64,000 bases of DNA. Origin: Amphiscolops sp. MND2022. Its lineage: Eukaryota. Position numbers and translations under genes: made by a program. The first letter of the stretch is position 1, and every line of letters starts with the position of its first letter. Where the stretch lies: NCBI GenBank assembly GCA_964187785.1, contig OZ076409.1:16866001-16930000 (forward strand). Reading direction: 5' to 3'. The notes beneath the pieces were generated by a model that saw only the letters and a program-made list of their open reading frames with translations, made no database searches and was not told the origin of the DNA. Below, piece by piece: positions 36,981 through 49,614 of this stretch.

Positions 36981-37447
36981 GTTAGTGTTTCGTCTTCTTT
37001 GGCGTTGGATTCAGTTGAATTGCAGGTGCAGTTTCTTTCAATTTGTATTGTCTGAAGATTTGATTGAATGGTAACAAGAGAGAACCGTCAGAAGTCGGCG
37101 CCCGCTCAAAGCTCAAAAAGTGCAAAGTCTTTTAGAAATGGTATTTAGGACATTTTAATAACCTTCAGACTAGTAAAAAACGACAGGGGCAACCTGCGGC
37201 TTCGAAAATTTCTTTTAATGAAAATATCAAAATACCGAAATTTATGGGGGAAAATTGAGACGTCTCACAGTGCCGAAAACCCTAAACACGGGAACTTTTA
37301 GATTTGAGAAACGTCTTTTTGAAAGTTGAAACACGAAAAGAAACAAAGACGACCCTTGGTGATTTATTTTGGAAAAGTCGCACAGTGCCGAAAAATCTAA
37401 AGGGGGTGCCTTCGACACTTCAAGGTTTGCAAAGCAACAAAGATATT

Positions 37448-37515
37448 TATTCCTCGGTGGGCATCGAATCGACGACCGTCTGCTTGGGAAGTGCGTATTT
37501 TAACCACTGCCGGCG
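37448..37515 (-). repeat. degenerate tRNA(Gly)-like sequence within a repeat
   Basis: Reverse complement GGCAGTGGTTAAAATACGCACTTCCCAAGCAGACGGTCGTCGATTCGATGCCC; A/B-box remnants, stems broken. Confidence 0.45.
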
Positions 37516-38156
37516 TGAACAATTTCGGTTGGAAAGTGGACCGACCATTTGCATGCATTCTGTGGTCCTGTGAAAAAAAAACTTGTCACTGCTTACAAAA
37601 TACACTTCATTTGAGAGAGCTCTTCGGTGCTTCATCTGACAATCCTTTTTTGGTGCTTCATTTTCTTATCCCCCCGTGATCATCCAATAAGCATGCAATT
37701 AGTTTTTTTATTCGATGGGTTTTTTATTATTATCAATAATTGATAGCGTACTTTTAATAATTGTAATACTTGTTTTTTTATATAGTGTGACGTGGTATGT
37801 GTATGTATTATCATACTGATTCTTAATTTACTTATTCTGAAATAGAAAAAAAAATACACTGACTAAAAATCCGTCTTAACTATCTTTTGGTAGACGTTTT
37901 CAACTTGAATTTTTGCAACACTACGTTTATGCGGGCTTCCGTTAATACCGATTTTTAGATGATGGTTTTAACATTTTCTGTCATGTTCGATGACATTTCT
38001 ATCGGCATCTAAAATCACTTCCTGTTTTGCAGCCTTGACTGCAAAACGTCAAACTGCATTTGGTAGTTTGTGAAATTGAATTTGTTCTTTCTAATCTATT
38101 TCATGTTATGCAGGTCGATAGTAAATTCTGAATTGCAACTTTATTCTTTGTTATAG

Positions 38157-38373
38157 AGCATTTAACATCCCTCCACAGCTCAGAAGTGGTCAAAATCTGT
38201 TCAAACACTTCCGAATCCAACTCAGAAGAACCAAAGTGTGTTACAGCTGACAGTGCTTCCGATCTTTTCAAACCCAAAGTCAACTCGTGCGGGCGAACAG
38301 CCAAACTGGGTGAAACGGGCAAATTTTACTGCGAGCGTCCACTGGAATTCTCTTGCCCTTGTTGCAATGGCAG
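38157..38373 (+). CDS. RING/TRAF-zinc-finger protein, coding exon 3
   Basis: In phase: EHLTSLH..VNSCGRTAKLGETGKFYC..CPCCNG; AG/GTTTGT boundaries. Confidence 0.8.
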
Positions 38374-39459
38374 GTTTGTAATGGATGATCATTATACCAC
38401 TCGAAAAATATCTAGTAGCTGTCTTGTTGCTTGAAAAACATAAAAAACGAATAGCGACCATCAGATCCAGGAAACTAATAAGCAGTAATGTATCCGAATG
38501 ATTCGCATATCCGTATAATTTGCATGTGCCCGAGACCCCAATTTTGCGAGGAAATGTGGTTTGTTAAACGGATAACTCGTAGTTTTTGTCAAAATATCTA
38601 CTGTTTTAGTGAGTCCGTGGCGCTACGAACTTTTGGTGCTTATTCAAGATTCGTTGCGCTTATACTTAGGCTAAACTAATATATTGCTGTCCCTACATTG
38701 GAGCATTTGGTACTAGGTTCTTTGCTAATTTGGGTTTGCTACCAATTTCACCTTGACTTTAGGTTAGAGCCTGTTGTTGTGATCTTTGGGACAATGCCAA
38801 GAACAATTCACCTGATTTTCACTAGACAATATTATGAAACTAACTCAATGCTTTTCGAAGCTTAAAGTGGGTTGTATACCAACATTTTATTAACACTTAA
38901 CTTGTGCCAACTTGAATTTTGTATCACATTTTACTGATTGGGCTCTTCCGTTTTTTCAATGGTGAGTCTTAAGTCTTTTAATGGTCGCCAAACAAAACTT
39001 TCGTTGGATATTTTTGTATCTTCGGGCACTTTATCTACAGTGAAAACTGTATTTTGTGTTTTGCGGACTCCCAGTAACACCCAGTTTGATGGCATTTTTT
39101 CCTGTACTAGCAAATTGCCTGATAGCTAATGCTCTAGTGAAAATTGCCCGGTAGCAAATGTCCTGACATCCTTATGGAGACTACGCAATGCAAGAAACTC
39201 TGGTGATTCATGAGCTAGAAAGATGCTTATTGTTGACAGAAACGATTAAAATCTCAACTCAAAAGTAATAGTTCGCTATGTCTCCCGACTACCTTTAAAG
39301 AAATTTGAGCAAATTTAACCATCGCTCACCAGTATTCTCCTTTTTCAATATTTCTGCCTAAGCTGAAATGTTATAGAAACCTTCAATTTGATTTTTTTCG
39401 AGACTTCTTTTGTCCTATTTTGGTCTACAAGTCTGGCAACAGTGAGGCAACGCTACTCC

Positions 39460-39770
39460 GAGCTACTTCATTTAATTCTTTTCAGTGAGATGACGCGAAC
39501 GAGTGTTAATCATTCGCACGCCGACAGCGCAACTACGGATGCGAAACACCATATACACTTAGTTATACTTCTTTTGTTCAATCAACAAATCTCACCGTCC
39601 GAGAAAAATCAAAGGCGGTGTAAACTGGTAACAGTGATTAATATATATTGATGAATTAATGAATTAACCAGAGTGTATATTATATTTACTGATTTGTTAT
39701 TGAATTTTGAAGTTAGTGGTTATTGTAGCTTGGAGCAGAAATATTACTGTGCCCCACGGGGCCCATTTTT
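39460..39770 (+). repeat. interspersed repeat family (also ~49740-50090, ~51000-51350, ~55785-55880; 3' end at ~44740-44775)
   Basis: Shared TCCGAGA..AAAGGCGGTGTAAA block and GCAGAAA(T/C)ATTACTG end, followed by a GCCCC..GGGGC hairpin in two copies. Confidence 0.7.
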
Positions 39771-39954
39771 CAAGCGACAAAGCTTCTCAAAGTTTAAATG
39801 CTTTTGTGAATCTTAGTGGGTTTGCACTTGCGGATTTCTTTTCAGTTGCAGAAATTGCTGAAACTGGTGGGGTCCGATTTGTAAAGCTTTACGAATTGAG
39901 CGGACTTTACTGTGTTTCCTCTAATTTTCACAAAGTGTTTTTTCTTGTTTCCAG

Positions 39955-40228
39955 ATGTGGTCCCGACAACGGCTGTAACTGTGTTGGATGTCAGCAACTA
40001 GATATACAGGCGCGCAAGGTGTCAAAGCTAACGTACATCAATTCTCAGGGCTGTTCTAGTTTCAGAGATAACGTCCAAGACTCTTTCTACTGTCTTCGCA
40101 ATATGACAAACGTTGTGATCAGAGCGCCAAACTTTGTTTGTGATGGCCGTCGGAACATATGCCGAAGTTGTAGAGGTTTGAACGCTGCATGGAATGTTTG
40201 CTCAGCCTTCCGAAATCTCAACAGTTGA
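39955..40228 (+). CDS. RING/TRAF-zinc-finger protein, last coding exon
   Basis: In phase: RCGPDNGCNCVGCQQLD..INSQG..FYC..CDG..C..C stop; four exons total 900 nt (299 aa). Confidence 0.8.
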
Positions 40229-41047
40229 GGTTTCAAGTTACTCATTGTTTTCTGTGGCATTTTATGGCTGCCAGTGACTTTGAAGTTGAACTTGAGTTTG
40301 AAACACGATTCGCCCAATCGTCTCATTTGAACATCTCAATTTTTCTCTCCAATCGACAATACCTTCTGAAATGATTTCCAGTTTCATCTATAATAAATAT
40401 TGAAGAGTCTCTCACACTGCATGGTCCTCCACAAAAGGACTTGCGAGGATGATTTCTGCTGATACTATATCTGATCAGAAATAAAATTAAAAGGAAAAAT
40501 TATATGTAAAAAAAATAAACAGTCTTATCCAGTCTCTTGGAAATGCCTCTAACTTTTCACTACTTTTTTCTTTCGGGCATCTTTACAAAAAGCTTTCTAA
40601 TAGCTTACTTGATGCCCCTTCCTTGGCAATTTTGTACAAATATTTGTCATTTTCTACCTGTGAGTAGAAAAAAAAAGTATTTTGTTGTTTAAATATGCCA
40701 GGATAAATTCAATTATTATTATATATTTGGTGCTTCAGAGTTTTTAAATTTCAACACTTTGAAATATATGAACTGTCATGTAGTTATTAGCTGAAATATT
40801 TTATACCGTACTTCATAGTTAGTTTCAATGAACTTATTGAAAAATTTCTGAATGCTAGCTGTTTTCATCAGTTATGTGGTTAGATTTAGTCTCATGCTGT
40901 TATCGCCTAGCTGGGAAATTCGACGAAGAGGGACTTTTTCCGCCCGTATTTCTTTTATGGTAAAAGTAAGCTGTTGTATAGCTGACAGGTTTCCAGCATT
41001 TTCTTCATAGTGTTAACCGTGTTCTGGGGTTATATTACCGAATGTAC

Positions 41048-41453
41048 TAGAGGTGCACCGGAGAGGAAAATTTCCGTCCGGCCGGACAACCGGACAGGAC
41101 TGATTGAAGCCAGATACCGGCCGGACCGGACATTATCCTCAATTGTAAGCTATGAAGGGCTGTTTTCAGAATTGGGCAACGACCATTACGAAAAACGAAG
41201 CAGGCTTTTACCACAGAGCGGTGAAAAACTATTTTCCCTCCGCCATAATTGAATGAATTTTGATTCACAGTCACAGATTCAATTTTTCGATGCACATGCA
41301 CTTTTTCTAAGTTAGATATTCCGAATTTTTAAGATTATTATTTTAAGACAATATACGCCAGACATTGTAAAATGTCCGGCCGGATACCGGACAGGACATT
41401 TTCCTGAAATCCGGCCGGATACCGGACCGGACTTGTTGTCCGGTACACCTCTA
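41048..41453. mobile_element. hAT-type MITE
   Basis: TIR TAGAGGTG(C/T)ACCGGA, perfect 8-bp TSD GAATGTAC, CCGGA subterminal repeats. Confidence 0.93.
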
Positions 41454-41534
41454 GAATGTACCTGTTGGTTGCAGCATGCTGAATGAAATGTAGATACGGT
41501 GGAACGGAAGAAGACAACATGTTTGGTTGTTTTT

Positions 41535-41842
41535 AGGAGTCAGAAACAAATTTCGACGCAATCGTATCTTTTTTGCTCTCGGCCTTTTAATGAAAATTTT
41601 TCAAAAACCATGCTAATTACATGAAATTTAGCTATCATTTTATACATCCAAACGTGCTCCTGTGTGCGCAATGGCATCGAAATCGTATTACTGGGATCTG
41701 AGAAACAGCCAAAATTAGTCCAAAATGACCAGTCAGTTTTGGACTTTTTTCATTTTCTCAAAATTGTCCTTACGATTCAATTTCAATTTGTTCAATATAT
41801 TAGTCAGTTTCCGACTCCTTCACCGCACCTGCGGCTCTGGTT
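41535..41842 (+). mobile_element. short diverged Helentron-type family B copy
   Basis: AGGAGTCAG...CCGACTCCTTCACCGCACCTGCGGCTCTGGTT; single partial 172-bp unit. Confidence 0.65.
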
Positions 41843-41892
41843 ATTCACGTTCTTCAGTTTGAGATAGTGGCATACTTCGACATGAAATCTTT

Positions 41893-42780
41893 TTAGTCGG
41901 CGCTTTTCCTGAAAAGAGCCGACTATAGTCGTCATGGCTTTTCGTCAGTGTTTTTAAGACCACCTGAAGTGACCAAAATAGTTCTACCAAAAGTTCTACG
42001 AAATTTTAAATTTCACCTGTTGGCCCAGGGAACTAAACCAAAAAGGTTTTTCTTTTTTAGTCGGCGCTTTTATAAATAAAAGAGCCCGACTATTACAGTC
42101 ACTCGTTTTTTTTCTTTAAGACAGACTCGAAGCGACGAACGTTAAAATTAACGTTCAACTACTAAGTACAGTACTAAACTACTGGACCGGCAAAGGCAAA
42201 CGGAGCGCATTTAGGATAGTGCAAAGGGTCCCCCCTTTCAGTTACTCCATTTTTATCGTAAGACAAAACAGGACGAGACTATAGGGTTTGAGTTTTTTTC
42301 GGCACTGTGCGACTTTTTTTCGTATTTTTTTTGTCTCCAAAGGGTCCCCCCTTCAAGTTTTTTGATATTTTACAGCAAATTGAAGTTTCAAAAAGCCCAA
42401 AGGGTCTCCCCTTTCAAGTTTTTCGGCACTATGAGACTGGCTCAAAATTCTTATTTTTCGATTTTTCTTTTTTTTCCAGAAAACCCTTTTACAATTTCAA
42501 AAAGTTTGAGCTTTTTGAGCCTTAGATATGGCGCCGACTTTAGACGTTCCCGTCTTGTTTTCTTTTGACATACATTACCGGGCGAGACTAAAGGGTCCCC
42601 TTTCAATTTTTTTTCGGCATTGTGCTACTTTTTTTTCCAACAAAGGGTCCCCCTTTCAATTTTTTGGCATTGTGAGACTTTTTTTCAAATTTTTTATTCA
42701 TAAATTCCCCAATTTGAAGTCCTTTTGCTATTTTTGAGCCGTAGATTTGGCGCCGACTTGGGCCGGTCCCGGCTTGTTTC
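41893..42780 (+). mobile_element. Helentron-type family A copies (nested pair)
   Basis: Two 5' ends TAGTCGGCGC (~41894, ~42058) and two 3' ends GGCGCCGACTT..CTTGTT (~42560, ~42778). Confidence 0.65.
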
Positions 42781-42994
42781 CCCTATTAATTAGTTACCTA
42801 ATCACAGTTAGCTGAAGTGGGTCCTCATTTCGCGTATGAATTGTGTTCGTGTGTATAAAGCGTATTGCCCTCAATTGACGAAATCAATTGGCGGATACAT
42901 TTTTTATATGTTTCATTTCAGGTTAATTGCTCATCTTGCTGTTCAGTAATGCTGAAGTGATTCCAAAGTAGCCTTCCTAACAGCAGTATTCATA

Positions 42995-43767
42995 ATGACG
43001 TCACCTCAAGCAAAAAGCTGGCCTTCGGATAAGTTTAACCCAAAGACGATCGACACCCGTTCAACAAGAAAGCTCAATCCAAGTTGAACTTTGCAGTGGA
43101 CTTTATCAAGGGTAACATTCCTTGTCGGTTGAACCACAATTCAGTCAATGTCAGACTCGAATGGAGGACCGACATACAGGGTAGGTATTATAAGCCGTAA
43201 TTATTTCATTCTCCATTTTGATTTTGACATTTTGTTATCATTGGTGTTCATAAATATGTCCTTTATAGAGAATCCTAGTTTCGTTAGCATACATTGTTCC
43301 AAATAGAAATGGTTGATGCAAATTTTGAAAATTAGTTTTTACCATTAGAAGTTCACAAGCCTTGTTTTTTTAGATGTTCCGTTCGACACAGTCCTAGTTT
43401 TATTAGCAACTGGACTTCCTAAACCGAGTCATCCATGCTCGTTTCTATCTGAAAGTGGGTTCCAGGAAATGTTGAAACGGCTAGACGCGGTATCGCACAT
43501 GAACAGATGCGAGGTTGACGGTATTGTGCCGCACATGAAACAAGCTCTAGAGCCAGTTGAGCAATGTTTTCACATGCACTTCAATCCCAATCTGAAGGGT
43601 TTGATGCAACCGCTTGCAAAGAAGTGCGGCAACAAGAGGTATATAAAGATAGAATCGGGGATCTTTTGTTCAAGCTGGAGCAAAATGGGAGTGACGAGGG
43701 GTGGAGAGAAGTCGTTATGGCCATCAAGTCAAAAATTCTCTCTTACACTCCAATGATTGCATATTAA
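42995..43767 (+). pseudogene. PACRGL: PACRG-like protein pseudogene (exons 42995-43180, 43374-43767)
   Basis: PSDKFNPKTID.PF..KGNIPCRLNHNSV..RLEW, VPFD..L..LA.GL...HP..F.S..GF.E.L, L.KLEQNG..IKSKI.SY match PACRGL; two 2-nt frameshifts and an apparent internal deletion. Confidence 0.85.
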
Positions 43768-46700
43768 TGACTGTGGTAGTTAGTTTTGTGTTTCAGCAGT
43801 AGTAAAAGCCAAGATCTGAAAAAATATAATTTGAGATATGTATAGTTTGGATCAGTGAAGTGTTTCCGATGATGCCTACACTGCTGTACTCTCCATAAAA
43901 GTTCATTGTAAACAGGGACAGCAATTCACTGCTATGGCAGTGAACGGCGGACTTGTTTGATTGAAGCAGCGATAAATTTAACACGGTAGCTGTTGACATG
44001 ATGGGAAAACAAGTGTTTTTCCAGAGATCAAACTGAAAATATTGTTTCAGGCTCCAGGGTTTCGAATCAAAATTCGGCAAAATTGATCAAAAATTTTCAT
44101 TCTAGCTATAAACGAATTGGTGAAAACTTTAAGAAAGATCTACCAGTTCAAAAAGCCATTTCACTATTCAAATCTGATGCATAGTTCTAATTGATTCAAA
44201 TGAATGATTCAAATTGTGTTTAAAAAGTTATTCGAAGTACATTTACCCTAATATTTGGAGATGAGTAGTGAAAAGCAGATTTCTTAGAAAAGAGCCAGAT
44301 TTTTTGTTTGAGCGCCGCAGTGAATTGCGGTCCCTGATTGTAAATAACATCACGTGTATACTCAGTTGATTATTTGTTAGTTTTGTGAAATTGTATTCAT
44401 GTAAAAATCTGAATTAATCAACGTTTAGGTGTCAAGACGTTTTCTGAATCCCAGGTTTCATGCCTCAATTACCCTCCATTTGAGTGCCGTTCCCTTTCAC
44501 AGGAGCAGGATTATATATACATTGGAAGAACGTAACCTTTTAAGAAAAAGAAATCCTGGTAATTCAAATTGTGATAGTTTATTCAATTCGATGTTTTTCT
44601 CGAAAAAGTCAGTGTCTAATTTTTTACCGCCGCGGTTTTTGTATCAGGTGACTTTTAGCTTTTGGATTTAAAAAAGCATACATTGTGTTTTGAGGGCGCC
44701 ATATTACTTGTTCATTACCTATACAATTGCAAATAGTTGTAGTTGCAGAAATATTACTGAGCCCCGAAGGGGCCGACTTCACTTATTAGGTGGTGATCAA
44801 AAATTTGAAATGACTTACTGTTGCAAATTTGAACTATCACCTCTACTCTATTGCGAAAGTAAAATCGTCTAATAAGTTTTAATTTGTTGGCAAATTTAAA
44901 GGGAGTTCCGTTTCGTCCGTGTTTCAGTACGTTATTTTGTTACAGTTTCGCGTGTTTTCATCAAATTTTGTCAAGTTCACTGCATAATTCAAGAACATTT
45001 GGATATGATACCTGACGCGCAATCGAAAAAGATTGTCAAGAGTTGAAAATTTTTTGTGCGTGCAAATGTTTTGAATGGTACATAAAATTGCTGTTCTTTT
45101 TTTCATGTTTCCGCATTCTTCCCGTCTGCTTTTGAATTTTCACATGCTTTTTATTTTGCTTTTTCTCCCATGCTTTGTTAACAAGGCTCGATGCATGATT
45201 CTTGCTTTGATTCACTAACATTGCGTATTTACTGTTGCAGAGAACTGCATGCTAAGTTCTTTCAGCATGCTTGCTGCATCTTCTCAGGTGTTTCCGTGAG
45301 TTCACTGAATAATACAGCAATGGCTGATCAGGCTTCTACTTAATTTTGGGCCACATAATCTTATCAAGCGGTTGGCTGCTTGTCTGACTCAAAACCATGT
45401 GAACCAAGGCTTAAGTCACGAAGAAATGCAGAAGGAACCGATAGTATGTTTCAACGTGGGGCTTTCTAACGAAGGAAATCATGAGAAGTGATGCTGAAAA
45501 AAGTGAGTACCGACGATTCGTTTCTTCTGATCTATTGAATTTTATGAACATCTTAATCATGTACAAATAGAACCGGATCTAGAACTTTGATGAAACTTTT
45601 CCCCCAGTTTGATATTTAATCTATTTGGTTATTGATTTGATGCTTTAATCAACTTCATTTTCTCACTTTTTGCGTGAGACAAGAAATGTGTGTAATCTTG
45701 ATTTAGGCCTGATGACTGGTCTTTTCCGCTTTTTCAGTAATAAAGCCTTCTCCAAGGACCATCCCCCAACAGTGACAAAAAACTTTCTTGTTTGCATTTT
45801 GAATGAGTAAGAAATAGCGGAAAACCCCGCACTCATTGGAAAGTATTTTGTGCAATGCTGTGTATTAAAGCGTGAAATTGACCTATCAAATACTATCTGC
45901 CACGAAAGAAGCATTTTTGAGCAAATAAACGTCCGAAAGAATGTTTTCTATTTCTACAATTTTTAAAAATGAGATACAAGCGGGATATGCAGGAAGTTTC
46001 GCTTTTTTCCCGTCTTTCATTGCTGTGACAAACAGGATATGGCCCAATTTCATCATTAGAAGTCGGTGTATTTCGCTAACGTAGTTTCAAACTCGTATTC
46101 GACTGCTTTTCTGTGAACCCCACTGAATAACTGGTGGAATCGACAAAAAATGAAAGTCTCACGACAGTCTTATTATCATTCCTTATTTCTGTGCCCCAAT
46201 CTTGAATCAATGATACTGAACGGTTGTTTACTTCTGAATCATCTGACGTTCAAGAAATTTCATCTTGATTTATTCTTGACTTAAAATAGTCGAAGACTCA
46301 ATTTTATTCTTCCAATATCTGATTATCGAAAATTTATGTGAGACTTGAACGTTAATTTCGAGAGCGGTGGAAGAGTCATTTGTTTGTCCAGGCTCAATTA
46401 TACTCCAAATCAAGTGCGTCCATGTTGTTACGTAGCAGCAAAACCCGGCCATGTTCAAAAGTTCTAGTTTTCGCTCTCTGATCTTTGCTTCTGATGTGTG
46501 TGCGTTCGTTCGTTTCCTTTGTCATGACCTCTCTACAATACTAGCATTAATTGGCTTCATACTTTCAATCAAGGTGCACGGTATTACCTTGTACCTTGTA
46601 AGATCAACTTGGGTTCAATCGCCGTTGACTTTGTTATAGTGTGCACCACCCTAAATGGTCGTTTAATTTACGTTGCTTAGTCGGATTCGCAAGAAACTAT

Positions 46701-47277
46701 CATTTTCCACTATGGTCACCTTACAAAAATATTCTCACTTCTGCGAAGGTTTGTTTGACTTTTGAGAAAGATAGGATTTGTTTCCGAAGAAAAGTAGTAT
46801 GCATTTTTTGATGAATCAGTGGAGCGAATAATTTTTTTCAGAAAAGATTGCCAGAAGTTGGGTGTAGTTACTGCATTATATGAATACTCATTCAACGTGA
46901 AAAATGAAGCAATTGAAACTCTTTGATTCATTGAAGGGCGCGATTGGAACTATCTTAATCAAAATTTATTCGAAAAGTGCGTTCCAAAATCATTGATGCA
47001 TCACATCTTACCAAAATCATTGACGAATCAAGTTTTCAAATCGAGAAGACAGTAATCAAGAAACTTTGATATAACGTTTTACAGAAGTCACTTTTAGAAC
47101 TTTTGGCTCTTTTCTGTTCCTCGTCACATTAGAAATGAATTTAAAATTGAAGGTTTCTTGTTTGTATTCAAGTCTTTTTGTTATAAGATTTCAGTAATTT
47201 TCCGAAAACATTTTGGTGAGGGGTATGGGAGACAGAAAAGAGCCGAACGTTTTGATCGTGAGTTCTTTAATGCAGCC

Positions 47278-48244
47278 ATGATACTTGATTTGTTTAGATC
47301 ACCATTTGAGCAAATCGGCCTCAAACTTTGGGCTGTCAGCATTTCGCCGGAATCCCCAAGTACAGGGGTTTTTCTTCATCTCAATTAATTCACTTCTACT
47401 CGCAGTAAGCGGCATCATTTTTGAGTTCAGTCGTCTCAATGGAACCCAGATGTCTTTTTGCACTGGTTTCGTTGGAACCTGTATGGGTTCAGCCGTGTTC
47501 ACGCTCTTCAACCCAAAGTTACCTGTTCTCAACAAATTTTTTGGGATGGCCATTTTGAATGGGATTTTATTTGGCGGAGGAGTCATATTTTTCATATACC
47601 TATCTATGGATTACGTTGGCCCTGCTAGCACAACAGTCGTTCAAATATTCACCAGCATAGTCGCATCATTATTCGTTGAAAAGTTCAAACTCAGGAAGGC
47701 GCCTCATCTTCTGTCAATACTTGCCGTACTCATTGGTTTCAGCGGCATGATTTTTCTCTGCCAAACAGATGCCTTCACAATTGAGAACATGAACAAAAAG
47801 TACTTCCTCGGGGTGACTTACGCCTTCATAGCTGGCTTGTTTTGCGTGGTGTTTTTCTCAAACATAAAAGTTCTGAGTCAAAAGAACCACATCCCTGATT
47901 CTTGGCACTGGATATCGTACATGGTAGGATGTGCGCTTCCTTGTGTGCCCATGCTGTACAAATATCGCTCTCTGGCGTCCTGCGTCATGTCTGTGAAAAC
48001 AACTGGACTCCTAGCTGGTTTCTCTCAATCTATCTGCGCGTTGATGGCGATCAAGGGTTTCATGCTGATCAAAGCCTCTGCCGCCTTCGTTTTCCAGCTA
48101 ATGGCTTCAGTGCTAGCCTTTCTTCTGCAGGTGGTTTTTCTGCCAGAGTTGGTAACCCTTTTCACTTCTATTGGTGCTCTTCTTATAGTTTCTGCTATTA
48201 CTTTGCAGTTCATAGTAATTACTAAATTTGATAAAAATCTGTAA
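47278..48244 (+). CDS. EamA/DMT-family (SLC35G-like) multi-pass membrane transporter, intronless; probable +1 frameshift at 47365-47368
   Basis: About ten hydrophobic segments in two repeats; motifs EK......SILAVLIGFSGMIFL, LGVTYAFIAG, LQVVFLPE....SIGALLI; GCCATG at 47278 lies in another frame. Confidence 0.8.
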
Positions 48245-48841
48245 ATAAAAAATGATTCTGTGAATTTTATTTCCGTGGTAAACAGTTTCTGTAGAAAGTT
48301 TTACTTCATTTCTTCAATCAAATTCTTATTAGATTGCGTTGAATGGCTGATTAATTCCAAATTTGTCTAGAATTGCGTTTTCTCCAAGAATTTCCGGATG
48401 CGTAAATTTAAAATTTTCAGGGTTGGAACCCGTATTCCGACGAGAACTGTAGCATTGCTGAGGCGAGGATTGTAGTTGCATTTACGCTGTTTTTATTAAG
48501 TGTAAAACTTTCTGCTCCGATGAGGTATCATCTTTTGCTGAAAGCGTTTTGTCACAGGATACGTAAATAACCGTAGTGCCACCTTGCCTCTTGTATTAAA
48601 AAATTCTAGTCGGCGCTTTGAAAAATCGACTGTGACTTCGAACTGATGAGTTATTTGGAAAAATTTTCATGTCTTCGGTCACAGAAAAAAGGTTCGGATA
48701 TTTAGAAGTAAGATACGAGACTACGAACCACAAGGTTTCAGTATCAAATCTCGCTACAGTCAGAAGGTGCCACCTAGGTTTTTTCGGCGCTTTGTGTAGT
48801 TTGTGATTTGGGAACCATTCCAAATCTCGAACTCCATTTTT

Positions 48842-49425
48842 TAGTCGGCGCTTCGTGAAGTGAAACGCGACTATACTAGTGACTTTTTTCGACCCAAACT
48901 GACCAAAATAGTTCTACAAATTTCTACGACTCGGAAACTTTGAGGTGTTAAATTGGACCATTTGGCCTGGGGAACTGAACCAAAAATGTTTTTCCATTTT
49001 TTTCCGTGTAACATACAATACCGGGCAAGACTAAAGGTTCCCCCTTTTAGTTTTTTCCCGGCATTGTGGGACTTTTTTTCGAATTTTTTTCCACCAAAGG
49101 GTCCCCCTTCAATTTGTTTTGGAGTTTTGCGACCGAATGGATGTTGAAAAATCCCAAAGGGTGGGTCCCCCTTTCACTTTTTTTCGACATTGTGGGACTT
49201 TCGAAAATTTTTCGATGTCTTCAAAGTGTCCCCCCTTTCATTTTTTTGATATTTTGCAACAGAAATGATGTTTAAAAAATCCGAAAGGGTATCCCGGCGC
49301 GCCAATTCGGTCCAACTTTTGGGTTTTTCGGGTACTTTAAAAGAGAAAATACTTGACACTTTGAAGTCCTTTTGCTATTTTTGAGCTCTAGGTATAGCGC
49401 CGACTTATGCCGTTCCCGGCTTGTT
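48842..49425 (+). mobile_element. Helentron-type family A copy
   Basis: TAGTCGGCGC..CGACTA 5' end; GCGCCGACTTATGCCGTTCCCGGCTTGTT 3' end. Confidence 0.65.
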
Positions 49426-49446
49426 TAAATACTACCATAGCTTATA

Positions 49447-49614
49447 CAGTCGAACTCGGATAAAAGAACATTCGGATATAGGAAACGTTTTCACTCCTCC
49501 GATTTTATGCAAGTCAAATTTTCTACGTTAATAGGACAACTGATAAAAGAAACTATGCATAAAAGAAACCCTTTTCTCATCGCCCAATGAGTTTCTTTTA
49601 TCCGAGTTTGACTG
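49447..49614. mobile_element. Tc1/mariner(pogo)-type MITE
   Basis: TIR CAGTC(G/A)AACTCGGATAAAAGAA, TA TSD. Confidence 0.9.

Noticed and set aside
38931..39240. Possible antisense nested gene in intron 3 of the RING gene
   Set aside because: In-frame stop and no recognisable domain
43793..46640. Several minus-strand ORF fragments that might be a decayed gene
   Set aside because: No motif recognised and frames could not be joined convincingly
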